Both the position numbers and the translations under genes were made by a program. From the NCBI GenBank assembly GCA_964235835.1, contig CAXSDY010000001.1, forward strand, positions 1 through 47,597: DNA of 47,597 bases. The letters are read 5' to 3'. Shown piece by piece: positions 30,220 to 39,561 of this stretch. The notes beneath the pieces are model-generated. The model made no database searches and was not told where the DNA came from. It saw only the letters and a program-made list of their open reading frames with translations. The number at the start of each line of letters is the position of its first letter. Position 1 is the stretch's first letter. The DNA comes from an uncultured Sphingomonadaceae bacterium. GTDB taxonomy: Bacteria > Pseudomonadota > Alphaproteobacteria > Sphingomonadales > Sphingomonadaceae.

Positions 30220-30575
30220 TTGGAGCAAGGCGGCGGCATCGGGTCCTATCCAAAGTTTCGTGAACTCCGCCACGAGTCGTTGCGGACGGAACTTCTGGCT
30301 TCAACAGCTCGGCCCAACGGCCGGAACGGTCGACGAGGCGGCGAAGCTCGCATCAGCCCAGAACAAGATGCCAGCGCTGAGCAGGATGATCGAGAGCAAC
30401 ACGCCTGGATCAACGCTGTGGTATAGGCGGGCACCTTTCGATCGCGTTTCAGACCAGCTGCTACTGCACGCCGACCCGGATTCCTGCAAAAGCTTCGAGC
30501 GCATCGAGAAGCTGGCGCCTAAGCACGGCACGGACTTCTCGTGGGCGGCGCGCAAGCAAGCGCCGCACGCCGCGC
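30220..30575 (+). pseudogene. Fragment resembling the C-terminus of a podophage internal virion protein
   Basis: QGGGIG /frameshift/ FVNSATSR...LGPTAG...NTPGSTLWYRRAPFDR..DQL...DPD...GTDFSW..KQAP. Confidence 0.5.
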
Positions 30576-30819
30576 ATGGCGAATGGGAAGGCGAACGCGT
30601 CTTCGCATCGGCCTCGTCGCAGTCCGCATCGGCATCTGCGAAGTCCATGAGATCGATCGCAAACCGCAACGAAGCCGGCAAGCTAACTACGATTGAACAT
30701 CCCGAGCACGCAAGTACCATCGGCCGGCTTGTACGGCGCTCGATTTTCCGGGGGAGGGGTGCAAGCTCGCTTCAGGCCTGCCTTCCTCATATGAGAAGCC
30801 CAACGGCAAGGTATATTCA

Positions 30820-30988
30820 ATGGCAGAAAACCAGGTCGGCCTCGCGTGGACTCCACTCAGGTCAATGCTCGCTTTCCACCTGCGGAGATCGCCGCACTTA
30901 TGCACGGGTCGAGCGCAAGCCTGAGTCGCCGTCCCGCTCGGAGCCAGTGCGCCGCCTTGTCTTGGAGGCCTTGAGCCACGAAACCTAG
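30820..30988 (+). pseudogene. Ribbon-helix-helix (CopG-like) regulator remnant
   Basis: KPGRPRVDSTQVNARFPPAEIAAL /frameshift ~30900/ ARVERKPESPSRSEPVRRLVLEAL. Confidence 0.55.
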
Positions 30989-31075
30989 CCCCAACCCTGA
31001 TGGAGCTCTGGCGTGGAAGCGCTGCACCCGGAGAACAAGAAAACTTGGCATCACAGGGTGCTTGAGTGCCTAACT

Positions 31076-31165
31076 TGGCGGATGGGGTGGGATTCGAACC
31101 CACGGTGAGCTTGCACCCACGCCGGTTTTCAAGACCGGTGCCTTAAACCACTCGGCCACCCATCC
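31076..31165 (-). tRNA. tRNA-Ser(TGA)
   Basis: GGATGGG acceptor stem, TGGCCGAGTGGTTTAAGGC D arm, anticodon loop CTTGAAA, long variable arm, GGTTCGAATCC, GCCA end; 90 nt. Confidence 0.98.
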
Positions 31166-31269
31166 GTGCACTCTGCCGCTAGACTGTCGCGGACGCGCTG
31201 TGCAAGCACTAGGGTGAACAGACGGGCCGCGGGCGGATCGTCGGACGTTGACCGAGGGTCGTTGCGAGC

Positions 31270-32487
31270 GTGCGGATGGTGGACAGGGTGCAGACGGTGG
31301 GGGGCGTGAGGCGGTGGGTCGCGGCGCTGGCGCTGGTCGGCGCGCCATGCGCGGCGCAGGTCGACCCGCTCGCGCCGCTGCCGGAGATCACGCGCGCTCC
31401 CGTCGCGGCCCCTCCCGCGAGTACGACAGCGCCCGCTCAGCCGAATCCCGCGCCGCGTCCGTCGACCCTGCCATGGATTGCGGCTCCCAAGCCGGCGTCG
31501 ACCGGCACCGTGCCCTACGTCGTCCAGTCGGCGCAGATGGACTTCGCCGCCTACAAGCAGCGGCTTGCCAGCCGCGCCCGGCGCTCCGGAGTGAGCGAGG
31601 CGACGATCATCGGGTCGGTGCCGTGGCTCTCGCTCAATCCCCGCGTGATCCAGCTCGACCGCGCGCAGCCCGGCGGAGTCCTCAATCACCCCGTAGCGCC
31701 GCCGTTCGCACCCTATCGCCGCGATCACGTGACCGCCGACCTGATCGCGCGGGGGCGGGCCGTCTATTCCGCCAATTGGGCCCACCTCTCGTCCTTGCAG
31801 GTCCGCACCGGGGTCGAGGCGTCGGTGCCGGTGGCGATCTTCGGGCACGAGACCAGCTATGGCGTGGTCACCGGCGGCTTCGACCTGCTCGATGCGCTTG
31901 CCACGCTGGCCTACGAAGGGCGGCGACGCGAGCTGTTCGAGAGCGAGTTCGTCGCGGCGCTCAAGCTGCTCGACCGCGGCACGCCTCGATCCCGCCTGCG
32001 GGGAAGCTGGGCCGGCGCGACCGGCTACCCCCAATTCATGCCGTCGGCGGTGCTCCGGCTGGCGACGGACGGCGACGGGGATGGGCGGGCGGACATCTGG
32101 TCGAGCCAGGCGGACGCCTTCGCCTCGATCACCGCCTTCCTCAAGGATGCCGGGTGGAAGCCGGGCGTGCACTGGGGCGTGGCGGTCCGCACGCCTGCAG
32201 GGCTGAACCGCGTCGCCATCAAGAATACAGTCGTCGCAGCACGTTGCCCGCCGGTCTTTGCGCGGCATAGCAAGTGGCTGACGATGCGCGAATGGCGGGC
32301 GTTGGGCGTGCTGCCGATCACGCGCTCGCTCCCTGACGAGGAGCCGGCCTCCTTGCTCGAGCCCGATGGCCCGAACGCAACGGCCTACCTGCTCACGGCC
32401 AATTACCGCGTCATCCTCGAATATAATTGCTCGAATTTCTACGCGCTTTCGGTCGGTCTACTCGCGGACGCGATCGCCACGCGTTAG
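31270..32487 (+). CDS. Lytic murein transglycosylase (MltB/Slt35 family)
   Basis: IFGHETSYG, LATLAYEGRR, GSWAGATGYPQFMPS, DGDGDGRADIW, YNCSNFYA. Confidence 0.93.
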   Translation: MRMVDRVQTVGGVRRWVAALALVGAPCAAQVDPLAPLPEITRAPVAAPPASTTAPAQPNPAPRPSTLPWIAAPKPASTGTVPYVVQSAQMDFAAYKQRLASRARRSGVSEATIIGSVPWLSLNPRVIQLDRAQPGGVLNHPVAPPFAPYRRDHVTADLIARGRAVYSANWAHLSSLQVRTGVEASVPVAIFGHETSYGVVTGGFDLLDALATLAYEGRRRELFESEFVAALKLLDRGTPRSRLRGSWAGATGYPQFMPSAVLRLATDGDGDGRADIWSSQADAFASITAFLKDAGWKPGVHWGVAVRTPAGLNRVAIKNTVVAARCPPVFARHSKWLTMREWRALGVLPITRSLPDEEPASLLEPDGPNATAYLLTANYRVILEYNCSNFYALSVGLLADAIATR

Positions 32488-32529
32488 CGCTCGCGCGCCG
32501 AGGGTGTCGGCGGTAGAGGATGGCGGTCC

Positions 32530-33732
32530 ATGCCCTCCGGGAGTCGATCCATCCTCATGACCCGTGCCGTCCTGCTTGCCTCCGCTGCCGCGTTGACGCT
32601 GGCGACATCCGCCCCGGCGGCGACCCCGGTGTTCGATACGCCGGCCCCGATTGCCTATCTGATCGACCTGTCTTCGGGCGCGGAGCTGTTTGCCAAGGAT
32701 GCGGACCGGCGCATGCCGCCGGCGTCCATGGCCAAGATGATGACCACCGAAGTCGCGTTCGAACTGATCGATCGCCGCCAGCTGCCCCTATCCAAGATGT
32801 GCACCGTACAGCCACCGACCTGGCAGAAGTGGCACGGCAGCGCCGCCGGCTCGACCATGTTCCTGTCGCCGGGCGAGCAGGTCAGCGTCGAGAACCTTCT
32901 GCACGGCATCGTCACCCTCTCCGGCAACGATGCCTCGGTCGTGCTGGCGGAATGCATCGCCGGCACCGAGCAGGCCTTCACCGGCCAGATGAACGATCTG
33001 GCGGCGCGCCTCGGCCTGCGCAGCAGTCACTTCGGCACGGCCAACGGCTGGCCCGACAATGACGTCACCATGGTCACGGCGCGCGACCTCGCGACGCTCG
33101 CCCGGGCGACGGTCGAGCGGCATCCCAAGCTCTACAAGCAGTTCTACGGTCAGCCGAACTTTACCTGGGGCAAGACGCTCGGCTCGGGCAAGGACATCAC
33201 GCAGGCGAACCGCAATCCGATCCTCGGGCGAGTCGCCGGCGCCGACGGGTTGAAGACCGGGCATACCGACGAAGCGGGCTATGGCTTTACCGGATCCGCG
33301 ATCCAGAACGGGCGGCGCCTGATCGGCGTGATGGCCGGGCTTGGGAGCTTCAACCAGCGGATCGAGGAAGCCGTCCGGTTGATGAACTGGGGGTTCAACG
33401 CTTGGCAGGCCAAGCCGCTCTATAAGGCCGGAGCGAAAGTCGGCTCCGCCAAGGTGCAACTCGGCTCCGCCGGTGAGGTCAGCCTGGTCGCGCCGCGCGA
33501 CATTGCGCTGACGCTGCCGGCAGGGCTTGGCGGGACGGTTCGGTCGACCCGCATCCGCTACACCGGCCCCCTTCGAGCGCCCGTTGCGCTCGGCCAGCAT
33601 GTAGCGGATCTGGTGGTCACGACAGACAGCGGGCCGCAGATCATGCCGTTGAACGCCGGCGAGGCCGTGAGCGAAGCCGGCTTCTTCGGCCGCGCCTGGA
33701 TCGGACTGAAGCAGATGCTCGGCATGGCGTGA
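32530..33732 (+). CDS. dacA: D-alanyl-D-alanine carboxypeptidase (S11)
   Basis: SxxK (SMAK), SGN, KTG motifs; PBP5 C-terminal domain. Confidence 0.93.
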   Translation: MPSGSRSILMTRAVLLASAAALTLATSAPAATPVFDTPAPIAYLIDLSSGAELFAKDADRRMPPASMAKMMTTEVAFELIDRRQLPLSKMCTVQPPTWQKWHGSAAGSTMFLSPGEQVSVENLLHGIVTLSGNDASVVLAECIAGTEQAFTGQMNDLAARLGLRSSHFGTANGWPDNDVTMVTARDLATLARATVERHPKLYKQFYGQPNFTWGKTLGSGKDITQANRNPILGRVAGADGLKTGHTDEAGYGFTGSAIQNGRRLIGVMAGLGSFNQRIEEAVRLMNWGFNAWQAKPLYKAGAKVGSAKVQLGSAGEVSLVAPRDIALTLPAGLGGTVRSTRIRYTGPLRAPVALGQHVADLVVTTDSGPQIMPLNAGEAVSEAGFFGRAWIGLKQMLGMA

Positions 33733-34361
33733 CCCACAGGGTGCGGGGCGGCAGGTTCATCACCCTGGAGGGCGGGGAAGGGGTCGGCAAGTCGACCCAG
33801 TTGCGCCTGCTCGCCGAGCGGTTGCGGATGCGCGGGATCGACGTCGTCACGACCCGCGAGCCTGGCGGAAGCGACGGCGCCGAGATGATCCGCAACCTGC
33901 TGCTGAACGGACCGGAGGAGCGCTGGGGCCCCGAGGCCGAAGCGCTGCTGTTCGCCGCGGCGCGCGCCGATCACGTCGACAAGGTCGTGCGTCCCGCGGT
34001 CGAGTCGGGCAAGTGGGTGATCTCCGATCGCTTCGTGGACAGTTCGCTTGCCTATCAGGGGGTCGCGGGCGGCCTGGGACTCCCCGCCGTGCGCGCGATC
34101 AACGATTTCGGGGTTCGCGAATGGTTCCCCGACCGGACGCTGGTCTTGACGCTCGGCGAGGCGGCGGTGCGGGCCAGCCGGCGCGATGGCGATGCGCCCG
34201 ACCGGATCGGCGGCCGCGCGAGTGCCTATCATGACGCGGTCCTCGACGGGTTTCGCCAGATCGCGGCGGCCGAGCCGGGGCGTGTGCGCCTGGTCGACGC
34301 CTCGGGGGATCAGGAGCAGGTCACGGGGCGCCTGCTCGAACAACTCGCCGACCTGCTGTGA
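33729..34361 (+). CDS. tmk: Thymidylate kinase
   Basis: FITLEGGEGVGKST, TREPGG, DRFVDSSLAYQG. Confidence 0.97.
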   Translation: MTHRVRGGRFITLEGGEGVGKSTQLRLLAERLRMRGIDVVTTREPGGSDGAEMIRNLLLNGPEERWGPEAEALLFAAARADHVDKVVRPAVESGKWVISDRFVDSSLAYQGVAGGLGLPAVRAINDFGVREWFPDRTLVLTLGEAAVRASRRDGDAPDRIGGRASAYHDAVLDGFRQIAAAEPGRVRLVDASGDQEQVTGRLLEQLADLL

Positions 34362-35317
34362 TCGTCGGACAGGATCGCACCGTTGCCGGCTTCGGCGAGG
34401 CGATGCGATCGGGCGTCATGCACCACGCCTGGCTGCTCGCCGGCCCGCGCGGGGTGGGGAAGGCGCGGTTCGCATGGGAGGCGGCGAGCCGCGTGCTGGC
34501 CGACGCTGCCGGACCGAGCGTAGATCTCCCCGGGCTCGACACTCCGCCGGATCACCCGATCGCGCGCCTCATGGCGGCCGGTAGCCACCCGGATTTCCGC
34601 CAGCTGCAGCGCCAGCCCAACGAGAAGGGCGATGGCCTGCGCCGCAACATTTCGATCGAGCAAGTCCGTCGACTCGCCGAATTCCTGGCCAACACGACGT
34701 CGATGTCGCCATGGCGCGCGGTGGTCATCGACAGCGTCGACGACCTCGAGGCCGAGGGGGCCAATGCGCTGCTCAAGATGCTCGAGGAGCCCCCCGCCAA
34801 CACCGTGTTCCTGCTCGTCGCCCACGCCCCCGGTCGATTGCTGCCGACGATCCGCTCGCGCTGCCGCCGGATGGATTTCCAGACACTCGATGATGACGCC
34901 TTGGCGTCGGTCCTGCGACGTGAGCTTCCTGGATCGAGCGAAGCGGAGATCGCGCGGCTCGTGACGCTCGCCGGCGGGTCGGCGGGGCGGGCGATGTCCT
35001 ATGCGGCGCTCGATCTCGCGCCCCTTGAGGCCGAGGTGATCGGGCTGATGCGTGAGGGCGACCCGACCAACGCGCGCCGATCGAAGCTTGCGCAGGGTCT
35101 CGCCGGCAAGGCCGCGGCGGAGCGCTACGCGGCCTTCCTCCAGCTGACCCCAACGCTGATCGCGCGCGAGGCGCGAATGCTCGCGGGGCCGCGGCAGGAG
35201 CGTGCGCTCGACGCTTACCAGAGCGCGCGGGAGACGGCAGCGATCGCGCTGCGCCTGACGCTAGATCCGGCCGCGACCGTGTTCCAGCTGGGTGGGGTTC
35301 TCGCCGGCCTCGCCTGA
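34358..35317 (+). CDS. holB: DNA polymerase III subunit delta'
   Basis: HHAWLLAGPRGVGK, HPDF, ANALLKMLEEPP, LLPTIRSRC. Confidence 0.95.
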   Translation: MIVGQDRTVAGFGEAMRSGVMHHAWLLAGPRGVGKARFAWEAASRVLADAAGPSVDLPGLDTPPDHPIARLMAAGSHPDFRQLQRQPNEKGDGLRRNISIEQVRRLAEFLANTTSMSPWRAVVIDSVDDLEAEGANALLKMLEEPPANTVFLLVAHAPGRLLPTIRSRCRRMDFQTLDDDALASVLRRELPGSSEAEIARLVTLAGGSAGRAMSYAALDLAPLEAEVIGLMREGDPTNARRSKLAQGLAGKAAAERYAAFLQLTPTLIAREARMLAGPRQERALDAYQSARETAAIALRLTLDPAATVFQLGGVLAGLA

Positions 35318-35364
35318 CCCTTGCGTTCCTTGAAGCGGCGAGGGGTGGCGGCTAGGGCAGGGCC

Positions 35365-36864
35365 ATGGCCGAGCCCTATTATATTACGACCGCCATTAGC
35401 TATCCGAATGGATCGCCGCACATCGGCCATGCCTATGAAGCGATCGCGGCCGATACGATGGCCCGCTTCCAGCGCAGTCAGGGCCGCGATGTCCGCTTCC
35501 AGACCGGGACGGACGAACATGGGCTGAAGATGGCCCAGGCGGCGCGCGCCGCGGGGGTCGAGCCGTCCGCCTACGCCGACACGATGTCGGCCGAATTCAA
35601 GGCGATGTGCGACCGGCTTGATGTCGGGTATGACCTCTTCATCCGCACGTCGGAGCCCGATCATCACCGCGCGAGCCAGGCGATCTGGAGCGCGATGGAG
35701 GCGCGCGGCGACCTCTACCTCGGACGCTACGAAGGCTGGTACTCGGTGCGGGACGAGGCCTTCTACGACGAGGCGGAACTGGTCGACGGCGACGGGGGCA
35801 AACGCTCGCCGCAGGGGACGCCGATCGAGTGGACGGTGGAGGAGAGCTGGTTCTTCCGCCTGTCGGCCTATCAGCAGCGGCTGCTCGATCACTATGCCGC
35901 CAACCCCGAGTTCATTCAGCCCGACAGCCGCCGCAACGAGGTGCTGCGCTTCGTCGAGGGCGGGCTGACCGACCTGTCGATCTCGCGGACCAGCTTCGAC
36001 TGGGGCGTCACGGTGCCCGGCAGCGACGACCACGTCATGTACGTCTGGCTCGACGCGCTGACCAATTACCTCACGGGACTCGGCTATCCGGACCAGGGTG
36101 GGCTATTCGACCGTTACTGGCCAGCCAACGTGCATCTGATCGGCAAGGACGTCGTTCGTTTCCACGCGGTCTACTGGCCGGCGTTCCTGATGTCGGCCGG
36201 CATCGCCCTTCCGCTCCAGGTCTACGGCCATGGCTTCCTCCTCAGCCGCGGCGAAAAGATGTCGAAGAGTGTCGGCAATGTCGTCGACCCGATGACACTC
36301 GCCGATCGCTACGGGGTCGACGCCCTACGCTATTTCCTGCTGCGCGAGGTCACCTTCGGGCAGGACGGGAGCTACAGCCACGAGGCGATCGTCAATCGCG
36401 TTAATGCCGAGCTGGCGAACAGCTTTGGCAACCTCGCGCAGCGAAGTTTGTCGATGATCTTCAAAAACTTGAACGGTATTCTTCCGGATGCAGGTGAGGC
36501 GCAGGAGGATCTTGCGCTGCTGGCGACGGTGGACGCCGCGTGCCGCTCCACCCTTCCTGCCGAGTTCGCGAGGTTTGCCTTTGCGGCCGGGCTCGAAGCG
36601 TGGATGGGGGCGGTGTTCGCGTGCAACGCCTACGTCGATGCGATGGCGCCGTGGGCGCTGCGCAAGACCGATCCGGCGCGCATGGCGGCGGTGCTCGGCA
36701 CCCTGGTCGTGGCGATCCGGCAGCTCGCCGAGGCCGCCGCGCCCGTCATGCCGGGCTCGTCGGGCAGGCTGCTCGCGCTGATCGATTCGGGTGCCGAGGG
36801 GCAGCCGATCGCGGCGCCCACGCCGATCTTCCCGCGGCTGGAGCCGAGCGAGGAAGCGGCGTGA
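35365..36864 (+). CDS. metG: Methionine--tRNA ligase (short form)
   Basis: YPNGSPHIGH, GTDEHG, YVWLDAL, KMSKS. Confidence 0.98.
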   Translation: MAEPYYITTAISYPNGSPHIGHAYEAIAADTMARFQRSQGRDVRFQTGTDEHGLKMAQAARAAGVEPSAYADTMSAEFKAMCDRLDVGYDLFIRTSEPDHHRASQAIWSAMEARGDLYLGRYEGWYSVRDEAFYDEAELVDGDGGKRSPQGTPIEWTVEESWFFRLSAYQQRLLDHYAANPEFIQPDSRRNEVLRFVEGGLTDLSISRTSFDWGVTVPGSDDHVMYVWLDALTNYLTGLGYPDQGGLFDRYWPANVHLIGKDVVRFHAVYWPAFLMSAGIALPLQVYGHGFLLSRGEKMSKSVGNVVDPMTLADRYGVDALRYFLLREVTFGQDGSYSHEAIVNRVNAELANSFGNLAQRSLSMIFKNLNGILPDAGEAQEDLALLATVDAACRSTLPAEFARFAFAAGLEAWMGAVFACNAYVDAMAPWALRKTDPARMAAVLGTLVVAIRQLAEAAAPVMPGSSGRLLALIDSGAEGQPIAAPTPIFPRLEPSEEAA

Positions 36865-37640
36865 GCCTGATCGACAGCCACTGCCATCTCAACTATCCGG
36901 GGCTCGTCGAGCGGCAGGCGGAAGTCCTCACGACCGCTCGGGCGCGTGGCGTGTCCGGCTTCCTCAACATCTCTACCCGCCAGAGCGAGTGGCAGGCGAT
37001 CGTCGAGACTGCCCGGCGCGAGCCCGACGTGTGGGCGAGCATCGGCGTTCACCCGCACGAGGCGGATTCCCATCCCGACCTTGGCGCAGCCGCGCTGGTC
37101 ACCGAAGCCGCGCACCCCAAGGTGATCGCGATCGGCGAATGCGGGCTCGATTATCACTATGACAAGTCCGATCGCGAGGCGCAGCGGGATCGCTTCCGCG
37201 CGCACATCGAGGCGGCGCGGACCACCGGCTTGCCGCTGATCGTCCACACCCGCGATGCCGAGGAGGACACGGCCGACATGCTCGCCGAGGCGGTCGCCGC
37301 TGGCGGGGTGAGGGGGGTGCTGCACTGCTTCACGGGCAGCGCTTCGCTGGCGGCCAAGGCGCTCGACATCGGCTTCTTCCTGTCGCTGAGCGGGATTGTC
37401 ACGTTCAAGAACGCGCGCGGCCTTCAGGAGATCGCAAAGACCGTGCCGGCCGACCAGTTGCTGGTCGAGACCGATGCGCCGTTCCTCGCCCCCGTTCCGC
37501 ACCGCGGCAAGCCGTGCGAACCCGCGTTCGTCGTCGACACCGCGAGTTTCGTCGCCGGCCTGCGCGGCGAAGAGTCGGACCAGCTGGCGGCAAGCACGTC
37601 GGCCAACTTCTTCCGGCTGTTCGGGAAAGCCGCTGCGTGA
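36861..37640 (+). CDS. tatD: TatD family hydrolase
   Basis: DSHCHL, GVHPH, IGECGLDY, HTRDA, LHCF, ETDAPFL. Confidence 0.95.
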   Translation: MSLIDSHCHLNYPGLVERQAEVLTTARARGVSGFLNISTRQSEWQAIVETARREPDVWASIGVHPHEADSHPDLGAAALVTEAAHPKVIAIGECGLDYHYDKSDREAQRDRFRAHIEAARTTGLPLIVHTRDAEEDTADMLAEAVAAGGVRGVLHCFTGSASLAAKALDIGFFLSLSGIVTFKNARGLQEIAKTVPADQLLVETDAPFLAPVPHRGKPCEPAFVVDTASFVAGLRGEESDQLAASTSANFFRLFGKAAA

Positions 37641-38404
37641 AGCTGCGGATTCTTGGCTGCGGCACGTCGTCCGGGGTGCCGCGGATCGGCAACGACTGGG
37701 GCCGATGCGATCCCGCCGAGCCGAAGAACCGGCGCACTCGCTGCGCCATCCTGATCGAAAGCGCAAACGAGCGCCTGCTGGTAGATTGCGGCCCGGACCT
37801 GCGCGAACAGTTGCTCGCGGCTAACGTCGGCCGGATCGACGGGGTGATCGTCACCCACGATCATGCCGACCATTGCCACGGGCTCGATGATCTTCGCCAG
37901 GTCGCACAGGTGACCGGCGAGCCGGTGCCGTTCATGGCCCGCGCCGACGCGCTCGAGCGGATCGTCGATCGCTTTCGCTATGCTTTCGAGGGTACCGCGC
38001 TTTATCCGCCGGTGCTCGCCGGCGCGGCGCTCGGAGATACGGGCCGCGTCGGCGATGCCGTCCTGCGCTTCGTCGACCAGCCGCACGGGGAGATCACTTC
38101 GGTCGGGCTCCGCGTGGATGAAGGCGGCCGTTCCGCTGCCTACGCAATCGATTTCAAGCAGTTAACCGCGGAAATGGCCGAGCTTTATCGCGGAGCCGAC
38201 GTGTGGATCGCGGACTGCCTGCGCCGACGACCGCACCCGACCCATGCGCATCTCGACCTCGTCCTCGGTTGGGCGCGCGACCTCGGGGTCGGGCAATTGC
38301 TCCTCAGCCATCTCGACAACAGCATGGATGTCGCGGAATTGATAAAGGAATTGCCCGACTGGGCGGCTCCCGCGTTTGACGGGCAGGAGATCAGCCTGAC
38401 GTGA
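37637..38404 (+). CDS. MBL-fold metallo-hydrolase (PhnP-like)
   Basis: LGCGTSSGVP, THDHADHCHGLDDLR, HPTH. Confidence 0.92.
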   Translation: MKLRILGCGTSSGVPRIGNDWGRCDPAEPKNRRTRCAILIESANERLLVDCGPDLREQLLAANVGRIDGVIVTHDHADHCHGLDDLRQVAQVTGEPVPFMARADALERIVDRFRYAFEGTALYPPVLAGAALGDTGRVGDAVLRFVDQPHGEITSVGLRVDEGGRSAAYAIDFKQLTAEMAELYRGADVWIADCLRRRPHPTHAHLDLVLGWARDLGVGQLLLSHLDNSMDVAELIKELPDWAAPAFDGQEISLT

Positions 38405-38988
38405 CGAACGATATGATGCTCGGCGGCTTGTACCTGCTGATGGCGATGATGCTCGTGCTGGGTTCGCTGATGTCGCGGCGCGAGCCGTTCGCCAAGATGC
38501 TGACGATGATGCTCGCGTGGGTCTCGATCTTCGGAGCCGGCTTCATCCTCTTCACCTTCCGCGACAACCTCGGCTGGGTCGGCCAGCGGCTGAAGGCGGA
38601 AGCGCTCGGTACGCCGGTGACCGAAGGCAAGACCGTCCGCATCCCGATGGCGATCGACGGGCATTTCTGGGTCGATGCAAGCATCAACGGCGTGCCGGCC
38701 AAGTTCCTCGTCGACAGCGGCGCCACGGTCACGACCGTCGGCAATGCGCTCGCCGCTGAGGCGCAGTTGGAGACGGACGGCGCCAACGATCAGCTGGTCC
38801 GCACCGGCAACGGCATCGTCAAGGTCAGCAGTGCGCGCGCTGACAGCATCACGATCGGCTCAATCGAGCGCCGCGACCAGCGCGTGTACATTGCCGGCAA
38901 CGACGACCTCAACGTCGTCGGCATGAGTTTCCTGTCGTCGCTGAAGCGCTGGGGCGTGGAAGGGCGATGGCTCATCCTGCAGCCTTGA
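38401..38988 (+). CDS. TIGR02281-type clan AA aspartic protease
   Basis: Two N-terminal TM helices, DGHFW, FLVDSGAT, GMSFL. Confidence 0.9.
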   Translation: MTNDMMLGGLYLLMAMMLVLGSLMSRREPFAKMLTMMLAWVSIFGAGFILFTFRDNLGWVGQRLKAEALGTPVTEGKTVRIPMAIDGHFWVDASINGVPAKFLVDSGATVTTVGNALAAEAQLETDGANDQLVRTGNGIVKVSSARADSITIGSIERRDQRVYIAGNDDLNVVGMSFLSSLKRWGVEGRWLILQP

Positions 38989-39008
38989 GACACTTAGATT
39001 AACACTAT

Positions 39009-39036
39009 ACTTTACATAATGAATATTATCATACTT
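39009..39036 (-). other. dif site (XerC/XerD recombination site)
   Basis: Minus strand AAGTATGATAA-TATTCA-TTATGTAAAGT: 11-6-11 layout, inner ATAA/TTAT dyad, XerD-type arm; intergenic and AT-rich. Confidence 0.85.
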
Positions 39037-39561
39037 AATTGGCCAAAGCGCGTGGGGGCGATGCGTGTCGGTTCTCTTGGATCACCGAACCCGTGGTAGA
39101 TGCCGTGTTTGTCTGAAGATCCGCGGACGGCGCGAGAAAATGCTTTTAGTCCACCAGACATTGTCGATGGATCAACGGATTCGTTCCTCGGCATTTGACG
39201 GACCAACCGGGGGTTTACGCGGACCTTGGGAATGCGGACCCAAGCCGCTCGAAAAGTCGCGCTGGAGCTCACCTTTTCGTTAGCTGTCGGCAGCACAACC
39301 GATACGTCCTGGAACCCCGCTTTCTGCCGTACAGGTTTTCGGCAAATCGCACTCGGCAGCTTCACCTAGGCCGCACGGTTTCCATTATAATTTTGTCTGG
39401 TTATGCGCCGGATTTAGGTCGTGACCCCGGCCATTCGCCTTTCCACCAATTGCCGTCAGCATGGGCTCACAACAGAAGGTAAGTGTACCAAGACCCGCGG
39501 CTATCGCCGTCCGTGAACAACTTAATCCTTGCCCGGAGTCGGAGAAGCGACTTGCAAGCTG

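Larger units (their letters stand above)
25688..31088. mobile_element. Decayed genomic island / prophage remnant integrated at tRNA-Ser(TGA)
   Basis: Flanking 13-bp direct repeats, visibly lower GC, low coding density, phage-like and RHH pseudogenes, no intact integrase. Confidence 0.68.

Noticed and set aside
25700-31075. Integrase, transposase or known anti-phage system in the island
   Set aside because: No tyrosine/serine recombinase, DDE, nuclease, NTPase or TIR/SIR2-type motifs recognised in any frame
39012-39482. ORFs immediately right of dif (39012-39365, 39065-39283, 39195-39482)
   Set aside because: No RBS or motifs, one overlaps dif; no filamentous-phage Rep/Zot-like sequence recognised
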